A stretch of 43,041 bases of DNA from positions 1 through 43,041 of the IMG/VR virus record IMGVR_UViG_2744054964_000002, one strand, 5' to 3'. Position 1 is the stretch's first letter; every line of letters starts with the position of its first letter. Below the pieces are notes generated by a model that was given only the letters and a program-made list of their open reading frames with translations, had not been told where the DNA came from and searched no databases. The DNA comes from a virus (lineage: Duplodnaviria; Heunggongvirae; Uroviricota; Caudoviricetes). The position numbers and the translations under genes are program-made. Below are positions 23,997-34,340 of this stretch, piece by piece.

Positions 23997-26061
23997 GCGT
24001 CTTGAATTAAGCGTCCGCAAAGGCTGGACACCCCCGCCGCGTATCAGTGTGCCGCAGTGGGCAGATGACTATCGTAAGCTGGCAAAAGAGGCTGGGAGCA
24101 CTTCGGGAAACTGGGAAACATCGACGGTAGAAATTGCCCGCGGACCGATGCTTGCCGCGACGGAGTCCGGGGTTCATATCATCACTGTAATGTGCTGTAC
24201 CCAGTTGATGAAGACAGCACTGCTGGAAAACCTTTTTGGCTATTTTGCCCACCTCGATCCTTGTCCGATACTGCTGCTGCAGCCGAAAGAAGAAGCCGCT
24301 GAACAGTTTTCGAAAGAGCGTATTAGCCCGCTGGTAAGGGTGACGCCGGTACTGCGTAAAATCATCGGTGATTCGAAACAGAAAAGCTCGAAAGAAACCA
24401 TTCTTTACAAGGCGTTCACTGGCGGATTTCTGGCGCTGGCGGGTGCTGGTAGCCCTGATAACCTTGCGCGTCGTCCGATTCGTGTCCTGCTGGCGGATGA
24501 AGTGGACAAGTACCCGATAACCCGCGAAGGCGATCCAATTGCGCTGGCCGAAGAGCGTACAGCGACATTTGGCCTGACCTGGCTGTCTGTACGCGCCTGT
24601 TCGCCGACGGTGGAGGATGAGAGCCGCATTGCTGACAGCTACGCCGACTCCGATCAGCGCCGGGCATCTGTGGTTTGCCCGCACTGTGGCCACCGCCAGT
24701 TCCCCGACTTTTTCAAACACGTTCAGTGGCCGAAAGAGGGAGATAAACACCTGACTAAATCGGCGATGCTCTATTGCGAATGCTGTGGTAGTGGCTGGTC
24801 CGAAGGACAGCGCCTCAGAGCTCTGCAAACTATTCGATGGCATCAGACGCGCCCATTTGAGTGCTGCGGGGAGCGGCACTCACCGCTGATGGATTATGAC
24901 CTTGCCTGGCGGGCGGCAGACGAGGGCAGCGTTGAAAAGGTCTGGCAATGGTCAGAGTCGGAACGGCATGCGGTCTATCGCGCAATCTGCCCCTCCTGTG
25001 GAAAGGAGGCAGTCGATAACCACCACGCGGGGTACCAGGCATCCAAGCTTTTCAGCCCCTGGCAAAAAGATAAGCCGTCGGATATTGCGAAAAAATATAT
25101 CGATGCGAAGGGCGATCCGGATAAGGAACAGGCGTGGTGGAATACCCAGATGGGGCTTCCGCACCGACCTAATCATGGGAAACAGCTCCCTGTTGATGTT
25201 CTGCTGGCGCGCCGGGAAATATTTCCGGCCGTCGTTCCGGACGGGGTGGCATTGTTAACAGCTGGAGTTGATACCCAGGACGATCGCTTCGAAATTACGA
25301 TCACCGGCTGGGGGAGAGATGAAGAATCGTGGTCGGTCGCGCATGACGTTATTTATGGTGACCTTGAGACGGAAGAACCCTGGAAGCGACTGGATGCATA
25401 CCTGAAACAGATCTGGCGACGTGGTGACGGGCGCGGCCTGAATATCATGGCAACGTGCATGGACTCCGGTGGCCACCATACGCAGAAGGTATACGAATTC
25501 GCCAAAGAGCGTCTTGGCCGTCGTGTCTGGGCAATTAAGGGGGAGTCTGCACAGGGAGGTAAACGCAATCCTGTCTGGCCGACCAAACGACCATCATCGA
25601 AAAGCAAAGCCAGTTTCCGCCCTGTCATTCTGGGGGTTAACTCAGCGAAAGACGTGATACGCGGTCGCCTGCATCTTGAGCCACCCAAACCTGGCGCCGC
25701 CGCTGCGGGTTATATGCATTTTCCTGACGATCGCGATCTCGGGTACTTCAATCAGCTGCTGGCGGAGCGACTGGTTTACAAAGTCATTTCCGGGCAGCGG
25801 TACAGTATCTGGGAAGCAATACCAGGACGAGCTAACGAAGCGCTTGACTGCCTCGTTTACAGCTATGCCGCGCTGTGCGGTCTCAAACATATGGGGTTAA
25901 AACTCAACGTCCGGGCCGCCAACCTCGAAGCCGATCCGGATAAGTTCCTGCCAGCGCCAGTTGGACAGGAAGAAAAAATCAATTACGAGCTGCCGGGTGC
26001 GGTTATTGAAGAACCAGCGCCGGTCAAACGTAAGCGAATATCGCAACTCCTGCCGAAATAA
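23938..26061 (+). CDS. Terminase large subunit (lambda gpA family)
   Basis: About 707 aa from ATG 23938; blocks align by eye with lambda gpA (VCPHCGHRQF vs ACPHCGEEQY; LTAGVDTQDDRFEITITGWGRDEESW vs LTAGIDSQLDRYEMRVWGWGPGEESW; ANEALDCLVYSYAAL vs RNEALDCFVYALAAL). Confidence 0.9.
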   Translation: MSTNTSQSSESQSLTRQKIERLELSVRKGWTPPPRISVPQWADDYRKLAKEAGSTSGNWETSTVEIARGPMLAATESGVHIITVMCCTQLMKTALLENLFGYFAHLDPCPILLLQPKEEAAEQFSKERISPLVRVTPVLRKIIGDSKQKSSKETILYKAFTGGFLALAGAGSPDNLARRPIRVLLADEVDKYPITREGDPIALAEERTATFGLTWLSVRACSPTVEDESRIADSYADSDQRRASVVCPHCGHRQFPDFFKHVQWPKEGDKHLTKSAMLYCECCGSGWSEGQRLRALQTIRWHQTRPFECCGERHSPLMDYDLAWRAADEGSVEKVWQWSESERHAVYRAICPSCGKEAVDNHHAGYQASKLFSPWQKDKPSDIAKKYIDAKGDPDKEQAWWNTQMGLPHRPNHGKQLPVDVLLARREIFPAVVPDGVALLTAGVDTQDDRFEITITGWGRDEESWSVAHDVIYGDLETEEPWKRLDAYLKQIWRRGDGRGLNIMATCMDSGGHHTQKVYEFAKERLGRRVWAIKGESAQGGKRNPVWPTKRPSSKSKASFRPVILGVNSAKDVIRGRLHLEPPKPGAAAAGYMHFPDDRDLGYFNQLLAERLVYKVISGQRYSIWEAIPGRANEALDCLVYSYAALCGLKHMGLKLNVRAANLEADPDKFLPAPVGQEEKINYELPGAVIEEPAPVKRKRISQLLPK

Positions 26062-26069
26062 GGAAAATC

Positions 26070-26333
26070 ATGTTCAACCGGAACACCAGCCTGCTTGCCG
26101 GCGCAATGACTGACGATCAGCTCAGGGATGCGCTTGCGAAAGCTCAGCAGGCGTACATTGATTTAGCAACCGGGAGCCACGGTGTTTCGTTTTCCTATAC
26201 GCAGGGAGACGGGACGCGATCAGTGTCCTATCAGCAAAGCACCCTAGCTGATCTGCTGGCCCTGATTCAACTTCTGCAGGCGCAACTGGGGATTATCTCT
26301 CGTCCCCGGAAACCAGCGAGGTTTAGATTCTGA
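26070..26333 (+). CDS. Head-tail joining protein (lambda gpW-like)
   Basis: 87-aa ORF between terminase and portal; pattern L..A..A..DL.TG...DG.R.V.F...L..I..L..Q.G...R.P..F parallels lambda gpW. Confidence 0.7.
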   Translation: MFNRNTSLLAGAMTDDQLRDALAKAQQAYIDLATGSHGVSFSYTQGDGTRSVSYQQSTLADLLALIQLLQAQLGIISRPRKPARFRF

Positions 26334-27970
26334 TGAATAAAGTACAGATACTGGGCTCTGATGGGCAGCCGTTGCGACAGCAGCGTCCCTCTATGCTGGT
26401 GGGGGGGAGCCGCGTACCTTATGACGCAGCTGACTCTTTCAGCGATCAACTGGCGAACTGGCAACCCGCGCTGTGGTCCCCGGACAATGAAATTAACATT
26501 TACCGGGATCGCATCGTGTCCCGCGCACGCGATCTGGTCCGTAATGACGGCTGGGCAAACGGTGCGGTCACACGTCTGCTGGATAATGCGGTTGGTGCCA
26601 ACTTCCGCCCCATCATGAAACCCGATTACCGTGTTCTCAGAATGATCACCGGAAACAAGGCGTTTGATGCGTCCTGGGCGGAAGAGTACGGAAAAGCACT
26701 GGACGGGCACTGGCGGACCTGGAGTAACGATCCTGGCCGGTATTGTGATGTTGAACGAAAACTCACCGTGTCGCAGATGTTACGCCTGGGATTTCGTCAC
26801 AAGCTTATTGACGGGGATGCTCTGGCCATTCTCCAGTACAGAACTGACAGGCTTGGTCCCGGAAGAGGGCGTTACGCCACCACGGTACAGATTGTCGATC
26901 CTGACCGCCTCAGTAATCCTCAGCAGAATTTCGATATGCCAAATGTCCGTGGTGGCGTTGAAATTGATGCGGACGGTGCGCCGGTTGCTTACCACATCAG
27001 GGAGGCCCATATCGGTGACTGGTGGAGCGGGGCTAAAACCATGACGTGGCAGCGTATCCCGCGTGAAACTGACTGGGGCCGCCCGCATGTGGTTCACGAT
27101 TTTGATCATGAGCGTGGCGCGCAGCACCGTGGTAACGGCATCCTGACTCCGGTTATTCAGCGTCTGAAAATGCTGGTGAAGTATGACCAGAGTGAGCTTG
27201 AGGCAGCAATTCTTAATGCCATATTTGCCGCTTACATTGAGTCACCCTATGACCCTGCGATGGTTCAGTCTGCCCTGGGCGAGACCTATGACGAGTCGGA
27301 GTTAGGCACTTATCAGGACGGGCGTGTTGAGTTCCATAACGATCGGCGTCTGACACTTCAGAATGGTGCCCGAATGCCCATTCTTTATCCTGGTGAGAAA
27401 ATCACGACGGTTAACGCGGCGCGGCCCTACAGCAATTTTGAAGTCTTCGAATCTGCTGTTCTCCGTAATTTTTCTTCAGGAACAGGGTTGTCCCCACAGC
27501 AGGTCACCCAGGACTGGTCTGACGTTAACTACAGTTCTGCACGCTCCTCGTTGCTGGAGGCATGGAAAACACTGACTCGCCGCCGGGACGATTTTTCTAC
27601 CGGCTTCGCTCAGCCCATTCTCACCGCCTTTGTTGAAGAAGTTCACGACAATGAGGATTTACCCCTGCCCGCAGGCGCACCTGATTTTGTTGACGCCAGA
27701 GCCGCGTATTCTCGCGCGCGCTGGATGGGGCCAGGGCGCGGCTGGGTGGATCCGGTTGCAGAGAAAAAAGGCGCCATTCTTGGTCTGGATGCCGGACTTT
27801 CCACCCTCGAGATTGAGGTGGGTGAAAACGTCGGTGAAGACTGGGAAGAAGTGCTTGATCAGCGCCAGAGAGAAATTGAGTCATGTCTTAAACGCGGATT
27901 ACCGCTTCCGAGCTGGGCACAGGTTGACCAGTTTGCGAGCCAGACCATTACCGATCCGGAGGAAAAGTGA
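26333..27970 (+). CDS. Portal protein (lambda gpB family)
   Basis: 545-aa ORF; DLVRNDGWANGAV and VFESAVLRNFSSGTGLSPQQVTQDWSDVNYSSARSSLLEAW align with lambda gpB segments. Confidence 0.9.
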   Translation: MNKVQILGSDGQPLRQQRPSMLVGGSRVPYDAADSFSDQLANWQPALWSPDNEINIYRDRIVSRARDLVRNDGWANGAVTRLLDNAVGANFRPIMKPDYRVLRMITGNKAFDASWAEEYGKALDGHWRTWSNDPGRYCDVERKLTVSQMLRLGFRHKLIDGDALAILQYRTDRLGPGRGRYATTVQIVDPDRLSNPQQNFDMPNVRGGVEIDADGAPVAYHIREAHIGDWWSGAKTMTWQRIPRETDWGRPHVVHDFDHERGAQHRGNGILTPVIQRLKMLVKYDQSELEAAILNAIFAAYIESPYDPAMVQSALGETYDESELGTYQDGRVEFHNDRRLTLQNGARMPILYPGEKITTVNAARPYSNFEVFESAVLRNFSSGTGLSPQQVTQDWSDVNYSSARSSLLEAWKTLTRRRDDFSTGFAQPILTAFVEEVHDNEDLPLPAGAPDFVDARAAYSRARWMGPGRGWVDPVAEKKGAILGLDAGLSTLEIEVGENVGEDWEEVLDQRQREIESCLKRGLPLPSWAQVDQFASQTITDPEEK

Positions 27971-28833
27971 ATCTACCCCATCTGGCCCAGCGATTATTTA
28001 ACACCCCGCTGGCGCTGCACCCGAGTAAAGCCGAAGTCATCATGGCATCCGTAATGGACCGATTTGGTATCAGTAAAATCGAATCTTCTCTTGCCATGGA
28101 GGATGACTGGTACGGATATGACGATAACCGGGGACGTGAATCCCGTAGTGATCCGGGTTATGACAATGTGCTGGGTGTCGCCGTCATCCCGATATGCGGA
28201 ACGCTGGTGCAAAAACTGGGCAGTCTGCGTCCGTACAGTGGAATGACAGGGTATGACGGCATTCGTCAGGCGTTTCTTACTGCGATGGAAGATCCCGACA
28301 TTTCGGGCATTTGCCTGGATATCGACTCACCCGGCGGCGAGGTCGCTGGATGCTTCGATCTGGTTGATGTCATTTACGGCTCCCGGGGGAAAAAGCCTAT
28401 CCATGCCATTCTGACGGAAAGCGCTTATTCCGCTGCGTATGCCATTGCCAGTGCAGCGGACCGGATTTCTGTTCCGCGCACCGGCGGAGTGGGTTCTGTG
28501 GGTGTGATCACCATGCACCTTGACTGGACGCAGCGGATTAAAGATGACGGTCTTAAAGTTACGATCATCACCTATGGATCCCGCAAGGCTGAAGGTTCGC
28601 CGCTGAGAGAGTTGTCAGATGAAGCTCTGGCCGCCATCCAGCAGGACATTAACACCATGGGCGAATTGTTTGTGAACACTGTTGCCAGAAACCGGGGGAT
28701 TAGCGCAAAGGTTATAAAAAGTACCCAGGCCGCCTGTTTTATGGCTGCTGATGGCGTTGAAATTGGACTGGCTGATGAGGTGTGTCCTCCTGACGCTGCG
28801 TTCAAAAACTTACTTGAAAAAACAGGAGCCTGA
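27967..28833 (+). CDS. Head maturation protease, S49 family (lambda gpC-like)
   Basis: 288-aa ORF (GTG start overlapping portal stop); ClpP/S49 fold motifs (DIDSPGG; ESAYSAAYAIASAADRI). Confidence 0.85.
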   Translation: MNLPHLAQRLFNTPLALHPSKAEVIMASVMDRFGISKIESSLAMEDDWYGYDDNRGRESRSDPGYDNVLGVAVIPICGTLVQKLGSLRPYSGMTGYDGIRQAFLTAMEDPDISGICLDIDSPGGEVAGCFDLVDVIYGSRGKKPIHAILTESAYSAAYAIASAADRISVPRTGGVGSVGVITMHLDWTQRIKDDGLKVTIITYGSRKAEGSPLRELSDEALAAIQQDINTMGELFVNTVARNRGISAKVIKSTQAACFMAADGVEIGLADEVCPPDAAFKNLLEKTGA

Positions 28834-28834
28834 A

Positions 28835-29425
28835 ATGGCAAAGAAAAAGACGTTTAGTTTTGCTCACCTCATTGGTCTTGGCCCTTCCGCTTCTGAGGAA
28901 GAAGAGGATAAAAAAGCCAAAAAAGCGAAAGCCCGTCGCACGGAAGAGGACGAGCGCGAAGATGATGCCGATGATGATGAGCGCGACGACGACGCGGAAG
29001 AAGACGAACGCGACGATGATGCTGAAGATGACGGCGATGATCCGGATGCGTCAGAAGATGATGATTCTGAAGACGACGGCGACGACGATCGCAAAGAGAG
29101 TAAGGCGGTAAAAAATGCACGCGCTGCTGAGCGTAAACGCTGCGCCCGTATTTTCGGCAGTAAGCATGCAGCTGCGAATCCTTCACTGGCCGCGTCACTG
29201 GCTTTCAATACCGGGATGAGTTCTGCGGCAGCAATTAATGTCCTAGCCTCTTCGGCTCCGGCCGCAGCCGCATCTCAGCCATCCCGTAAACGCTCTCTCG
29301 ATCAGCGTATGCAGGAAAGCCACCAGGTCCGGCTTAATCCGGATAGCGGACAGAAAGAGACCGGAAAGTCTGCGCTGGTAAGTAAAATGACCGGCCTCTA
29401 CAACTCCACAAGAGGAGAGAAATAA
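28835..29425 (+). CDS. Putative scaffolding protein with acidic repeat tract
   Basis: 197-aa ORF; EEDEREDDADDDERDDDAEEDERDDDAEDDGDD tract encoded by near-repetitive DNA; position between protease and decoration/capsid genes. Confidence 0.55.
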   Translation: MAKKKTFSFAHLIGLGPSASEEEEDKKAKKAKARRTEEDEREDDADDDERDDDAEEDERDDDAEDDGDDPDASEDDDSEDDGDDDRKESKAVKNARAAERKRCARIFGSKHAAANPSLAASLAFNTGMSSAAAINVLASSAPAAAASQPSRKRSLDQRMQESHQVRLNPDSGQKETGKSALVSKMTGLYNSTRGEK

Positions 29426-29829
29426 TGGATCAGTTTGGTCAGAATGCGTTTGCGCCTGGCATGAAGAGCGCGCTGTTTGTTCCGGATCAGCTTGTCGCTG
29501 GCACGCTCCAGCTGGTGACTGACACCGGGATCATTACGGGCGGTGCCTTTAAGCGTGGTACTGTCCTGGGCCTGGTGGCTGCCAGCGGGAAATACACGCA
29601 ATGTGTGAAAACGGCTGAAGATGGCAGTCAGTTACCCGTTGCTATTCTGGTTGATGATGTTGATGCATCGTCTTCCGATCAGAACGGCGGCCTGTATCTG
29701 ATGGGGGAATTCAACCAGCACCGAATTATTTTTGATAACTCCTGGACGACCGCTGACCTGAAAAAAGCGCTCCGACCGCTGGCTATCTTCCTGAAAGACA
29801 GTGACCAGGCACCTGTAACCACCTCCTGA
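29425..29829 (+). CDS. Head decoration protein (lambda gpD-like)
   Basis: 134-aa ORF directly upstream of the major capsid gene; size and position as gpD; weak sequence resemblance only. Confidence 0.55.
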   Translation: MDQFGQNAFAPGMKSALFVPDQLVAGTLQLVTDTGIITGGAFKRGTVLGLVAASGKYTQCVKTAEDGSQLPVAILVDDVDASSSDQNGGLYLMGEFNQHRIIFDNSWTTADLKKALRPLAIFLKDSDQAPVTTS

Positions 29830-29926
29830 TTTCCCCCACGGCTCTCCTGACGAATGCTTTAACCGGCAGGGGCTGGCTCGTTTAAATTTTTTGCCAGCTG
29901 CGGCTGGCACTATCAAGAGACTGAAT

Positions 29927-30976
29927 ATGGAAAATATTTTTGATACCAGCGTGCTGGTGCAGGTTGTTCCTAACCTGAAAACCAGTCAGAACTGGCTGCT
30001 CGATCGCTTCTTCCCGAATGTCGTGACTTACGAGACTGAAGAAGTGGCGATTGATGTTGATGTCGGCCTGCGTCGTATGGCGCCGTTCGTCTCCCCGCTG
30101 GTGGAAGGTAAGCTGGTCGAATCCCGTAAATACCAGACCAATACCTTCAAACCGGCATACATCAAAGATAAGCGCGCTCCGGACCTGCGCAAACCTATCC
30201 GCCGCCAGATTGGTGAGCGTATTGGCGGGGAATATACCGCTGCCGAGCGCGAAATGCTGAACCTTCAGTTTGAAATGACTGACCAGATTGACATGATCAA
30301 CCGTCGTCTGGAATGGATGGCGGCGAGTGCGCTGGTGTCTGGGACCGTAACCGTCGCCGGGGAGGGCTATGAAACTAAGGTGGTGGATTTCGGGCGTGCT
30401 TCGGATCTGACCATCACTCTTAGCGGCTCGGATAAATGGCCACTGACCGTTGCAGCTGGCGCTACCAATACCCAGCCATCAGATGACATTGAAATCTGGC
30501 AGACTACTTTCCTGAAAGAGTCCGGCTCTGTCGCCACGGATCTGGTCTTTACGAATAAGTCATGGCGTGCATTCCGACTGGATACCACCATCAAGGATAA
30601 CGCCATTACATTCCCGGCGCTGAGCCCGTTTGGTAACCAGATTAACGCCGGCCCACAGGTAATGAAGGGCGCAATTTATAAAGGGCGCTGGGGTAACTTT
30701 GACCTCTGGTTATATAACGACTGGTTTATTGACCCGCTGGACAACGTCGAGAAGCCTATGATCCCCGATGGCGCTGTCATTATGAGTGGTGCCGATCTGA
30801 TGGGTACCCGCGCCTTTGGCGTTATCCTGGACCCGGCTTTCAACTACGGTCCGCTGGCTTATGCGCCAAAATCCTGGGTGAAAGAAGATCCAGCCCAGCG
30901 TCTTATCCTGATGCAATCCTCCCCGCTGGTTATTCCGAGCCGGGTAAATGCATCCCTCTGCGCAACGGTGGTCTGA
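29927..30976 (+). CDS. Major capsid protein (lambda gpE family)
   Basis: 349 aa from ATG 29927; RRMAPFVSPLVEGKLV and PKSWVKEDPAQRLILMQSSPLVIP align with lambda gpE segments. Confidence 0.85.
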   Translation: MENIFDTSVLVQVVPNLKTSQNWLLDRFFPNVVTYETEEVAIDVDVGLRRMAPFVSPLVEGKLVESRKYQTNTFKPAYIKDKRAPDLRKPIRRQIGERIGGEYTAAEREMLNLQFEMTDQIDMINRRLEWMAASALVSGTVTVAGEGYETKVVDFGRASDLTITLSGSDKWPLTVAAGATNTQPSDDIEIWQTTFLKESGSVATDLVFTNKSWRAFRLDTTIKDNAITFPALSPFGNQINAGPQVMKGAIYKGRWGNFDLWLYNDWFIDPLDNVEKPMIPDGAVIMSGADLMGTRAFGVILDPAFNYGPLAYAPKSWVKEDPAQRLILMQSSPLVIPSRVNASLCATVV

Positions 30977-30977
30977 T

Positions 30978-31358
30978 ATGGCAAAACAACCTAATACCGG
31001 GCTGGCTGATGATCTGAATGCAGAAGGATCTGCCAAAGACGGCCTGAGCGTTGACAACCTGAATGCTGGCGATAATACCCAGGAAAAACAGCCTTTGAGC
31101 AAAACAGATGATGCCGAATTGTCTGTTGATGACGATGGTGGTGACGAAAAATCCGGAGACACTGAATCGCAGGAGTATGTGGTGTTGAAAGGGAATTGCA
31201 TTCGTCATGACGGGGAGATGTACCGCGAAAATATGCGCATCCCTGTAACCGGCAAAGATGCTGAGCGTCTTCTGCAGTCCGGCGTTATTGCTGATGTTGA
31301 TGTGCTTCGTAAGCGAGTTCTTGCTTCTCAGCCATCAGTTTCAGTTACGACAGGGTAA
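30978..31358 (+). CDS. Hypothetical head protein (lambda FI position)
   Basis: 126-aa acidic ORF starting 1 nt after the capsid stop; assigned by position only. Confidence 0.4.
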   Translation: MAKQPNTGLADDLNAEGSAKDGLSVDNLNAGDNTQEKQPLSKTDDAELSVDDDGGDEKSGDTESQEYVVLKGNCIRHDGEMYRENMRIPVTGKDAERLLQSGVIADVDVLRKRVLASQPSVSVTTG

Positions 31359-31362
31359 TGAC

Positions 31363-31722
31363 ATGGGCGTGGACTGGGATTCTCATCTTCTGAGTCCGCT
31401 GCATGATGTCTTTGGCGATGAGCACGAGTACCGTCCACGTAACGGTACTCCTTTTACAATTAACGGGATTTTTGACCGTGGTTATGCGCAGGTTGCTGAA
31501 AACCTTGATGGCGATTCAGAAATTAACACCTCCAGCCCGATGTTGGGTGTGCGCGATGCTGAATTTCGCAAGCTGGGTAAATCGCAACCTGCTGTATCTG
31601 ACCGGGTATTTATAAAGACGGTCGGTGGTCACATCATCAATCAGTTATTTGTTGTGTCAAACGTCGAACCCGACAGTCATGGCGGATCTCGTCTTGTCCT
31701 CAATGTGGTAAAACCGCGATGA
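31363..31722 (+). CDS. Head-tail connector protein (lambda gpFII-like)
   Basis: 119-aa ORF; spacing pattern F..P.N...G.G....P.L.VR..E...L.....V..V.PD..G...L.L parallels lambda FII as recalled. Confidence 0.55.
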   Translation: MGVDWDSHLLSPLHDVFGDEHEYRPRNGTPFTINGIFDRGYAQVAENLDGDSEINTSSPMLGVRDAEFRKLGKSQPAVSDRVFIKTVGGHIINQLFVVSNVEPDSHGGSRLVLNVVKPR

Positions 31723-32264
31723 ATTCAGCAGCGATACGGCAAATGGTTGTCACTGCACTAACCGGGACAACCAGCGCGGGCGACCGCGTATTCTCTCCAC
31801 GCGACTGGTCAACTTCACCAGATATGTATCCTGTGTTGTTGGTTCAGACGCCTTTTGAACAGAAAAAATCACAGGGGCGTAATACCCCTGCTTTTACCAC
31901 CCTCACCACTGTCAGGATCACTGGGCGCGTTCAGGAGTATGACGGCGATACGGTGGATGATGGAGCCATGCGGGCAGAGCTGGCGCTTGAAAGCCTTCGC
32001 GAGCAGGTGGAGCGCGCGGTGATCAACAGCTACGAACTGACGCGGAATATTCAGAAATACGCGGAAGTTCGTTCAACCATCAATGTTGATTCAGAAGGAG
32101 AGGCCCATATGGGGCAGCTTCTTTTCGAGATCGACATAGAGCATTACCAGGGGCCGGAAGATTTTTATCCTGTCCAGTCGGTTCCCCTTGAGGGCATGGA
32201 TATTGCGGTCGATATGCCAGACGGCACAGTTAAACCGGGTATCAGCCTCAATCTTCAGGAGTAA
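31719..32264 (+). CDS. Hypothetical neck/tail-completion protein (181 aa)
   Basis: ORF between the FII-like gene and the sheath gene; no confident family. Confidence 0.45.
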   Translation: MNSAAIRQMVVTALTGTTSAGDRVFSPRDWSTSPDMYPVLLVQTPFEQKKSQGRNTPAFTTLTTVRITGRVQEYDGDTVDDGAMRAELALESLREQVERAVINSYELTRNIQKYAEVRSTINVDSEGEAHMGQLLFEIDIEHYQGPEDFYPVQSVPLEGMDIAVDMPDGTVKPGISLNLQE

Positions 32265-32267
32265 TCC

Positions 32268-32465
32268 ATGTTTGTTAAGCCGAACAACGGGCTCAGCGTT
32301 CGCTGCCCCGTCAAGGGCATCCCATTGCCTAAAGAGGGTGCTGAAGTACCTGACAATATTTTCTGGCGTCGCCGTCTGAGCGATGGGGACGTGATCCTCT
32401 CTAAAAAGGATGAGGGCGCGCCAGAGAAACAATCATTACCTAAAAAAGCGGGAGAAAATGAATGA
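32268..32465 (+). CDS. Hypothetical protein (65 aa)
   Basis: Small ORF whose stop overlaps the sheath start; no motif. Confidence 0.4.
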   Translation: MFVKPNNGLSVRCPVKGIPLPKEGAEVPDNIFWRRRLSDGDVILSKKDEGAPEKQSLPKKAGENE

Positions 32466-33964
32466 CCGTACCTTTCGCTCGTGTTCCCGATAACCTGCGG
32501 GTAGGGCTTTTCTTCGTTGAGTTTGATAACTCAATGGCGAATAACGCCACTGCCACGCAGCGCACCCTGCTTATCGGTGGGATGCTCAGTACCGGCTCAA
32601 CCCCCCCTGGTATTCCGCAGCGAGTTTCCTCTTCGGATACCGTCGGTGAGCTGACAGGAAAAGGGGGAATTCTGCAGGCCATGATGGCGGCGTATCAGAA
32701 AAATGATACCGCAGCCGAAGTCTGGATCCTGCCGCTGGAGGAAGACTCCGATTCCATGGTGGCTGCAACCGGCACCATTAAAGTGAGCAGCGCACCGACG
32801 GCAACCGGAGTGATCTCCCTTTATATTGCTGGTGAGCGCATTCAGTTGACCGTTGTAGCAACAGATACGGTGGCAGCGATCGCCACCTCTCTGGCCGCGG
32901 CGATTAACGCAAAAACCACGCTACCTGTAACCGCAAGTGCGACTACGGATACCGTAACCCTGACCGCGAAGAATCTTGGTGCTACGGGTAATGGGATCGA
33001 CATTCGCCTGAACTTCCTCGGCTTACCTGGAGGCGAGTCCACACCTGCAGGCCTGGAACTGACGATTACTGCTATGTCTAACGGAGTCGGGGCTCCGGAT
33101 ATTACCGGCGAGCTGGCAAACCTGCAGGATCGGACATTCGATTTCATCATCAACCCTTACGACGATACAACCTCGTTGAATGTGATGAAGGAGTTCCTGT
33201 CAGACACTGGCGGTCGCTGGGCATGGGACAAGCAGCTTTATGGCCATTCCTTTGGTACCACCACCGGGACTTACGCCCAGCTCGGTACCAAAGGTGAGCT
33301 GCGCAATAACCAGCATGAGACCCTGCTGGGCGTAAATAAATCGCCGTCCCCTTCCTGGGCATGGTCTGCAGCTTACACCGGCGCAGCTGCGGTGAGTCTG
33401 CGTAATGACCCCGGCCGCCCGCTACAGTCGCTCGCTGTTCAGGGGGTGCTTGCGCCAGAACTGCAGGATCGCTTTGAGCTGACCGAGCGTAACAATCTGC
33501 TGTACAGCGGCATTTCGACATTTACGGTCGATGACGATGGCACGGTGCGCATTGAAAACCTGATCACCACCTACCAGAAAAACAGCTATGGCGATGCAGA
33601 TGACAGTTATCTGGAAGTGGAGACGCTGTTCAGCCTGATGTTTGTGACCCGCTACCTGCGCACAGCGGTGACCAGCAAGTTTGGCCGTATGAAGCTTGCT
33701 GCGGATGGAACCCGATTTGCACCTGGCGCGGCGATCGTCACGCCAAACATTATCAAGGCCGATCAGATTGCCGAGTACCAGACTCTGGTATGGAACGGTT
33801 ATGCGCAGGATGCGGAGGCATTCGCAAAAAATATCATCGTCGAGCAGAACGCCAAAAATCCGAACCGCGTCGATGTGCTGTGGCCGGGAACCCTCATGAA
33901 CCAGTTGCGCATTTTCGCGCTGCTCAATCAGTTCCGCACTCGGGCTGAATCAACAGGAGCTTAA
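32462..33964 (+). CDS. Contractile tail sheath protein (Mu gpL-like)
   Basis: 500-aa ORF followed directly by a tube-sized gene and Mu-type baseplate genes; size and order as in Mu/SfV-type tails. Confidence 0.75.
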   Translation: MTVPFARVPDNLRVGLFFVEFDNSMANNATATQRTLLIGGMLSTGSTPPGIPQRVSSSDTVGELTGKGGILQAMMAAYQKNDTAAEVWILPLEEDSDSMVAATGTIKVSSAPTATGVISLYIAGERIQLTVVATDTVAAIATSLAAAINAKTTLPVTASATTDTVTLTAKNLGATGNGIDIRLNFLGLPGGESTPAGLELTITAMSNGVGAPDITGELANLQDRTFDFIINPYDDTTSLNVMKEFLSDTGGRWAWDKQLYGHSFGTTTGTYAQLGTKGELRNNQHETLLGVNKSPSPSWAWSAAYTGAAAVSLRNDPGRPLQSLAVQGVLAPELQDRFELTERNNLLYSGISTFTVDDDGTVRIENLITTYQKNSYGDADDSYLEVETLFSLMFVTRYLRTAVTSKFGRMKLAADGTRFAPGAAIVTPNIIKADQIAEYQTLVWNGYAQDAEAFAKNIIVEQNAKNPNRVDVLWPGTLMNQLRIFALLNQFRTRAESTGA

Positions 33965-33967
33965 ACG

Positions 33968-34339
33968 ATGGCAGGTGATACTACTAACCGCCTGGCGGGA
34001 ACCGCCTATGTCACTGTTAACGGTGTGACGGTAATGGTGGAGGGCTCGTTTAAATACCAGGCTGCCACCGTAAACCGTACCACCCTGACAGGGATGGATG
34101 GTGTGCACGGATATAAGGAAAAACCTGTGGCGCCATACATTTCTGCCCGACTGCGTGACAGTGGCGGAACGAATGTGCAGGGCTTTAACCAGCAGACGAA
34201 CGTCAACGTGATCGCCGAGCTGGCTAACGGGAAAACTATCATTGGCCGTTCACTCTGGACGGTCAACGTCCAGGAAGTGGAAAGCGAAGATGCAGTATTT
34301 GATGTTCGCTGGGAAGGCCGCGACGTAACGGAGAACTAA
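33968..34339 (+). CDS. Tail tube protein (Mu gpM-like)
   Basis: 123-aa ORF immediately after the sheath gene. Confidence 0.7.
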   Translation: MAGDTTNRLAGTAYVTVNGVTVMVEGSFKYQAATVNRTTLTGMDGVHGYKEKPVAPYISARLRDSGGTNVQGFNQQTNVNVIAELANGKTIIGRSLWTVNVQEVESEDAVFDVRWEGRDVTEN

Positions 34340-34340
34340 G

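Noticed and set aside
24007-25890. Minus-strand and alternate-frame ORFs within the large terminase gene (24007-24879, 24896-25258, 25353-25688 and others)
   Set aside because: All lie inside the terminase large subunit ORF, whose translation aligns with lambda gpA along its length.
28860-29208. ORFs overlapping the scaffold gene (28860-29111, 28864-29208, 28869-29198)
   Set aside because: Ser-rich or His/Arg-rich translations are alternate and antisense frames of the acidic GAT/GAA/GAC repeat tract of the scaffold gene.
29886-29908. T-run plus GCCAGC-TGCG-GCTGGC hairpin upstream of the major capsid gene as a terminator
   Set aside because: The T-run precedes rather than follows the stem on the plus strand and an A-run follows it on the minus strand, so it does not fit a rho-independent terminator; possibly a processing or regulatory hairpin.
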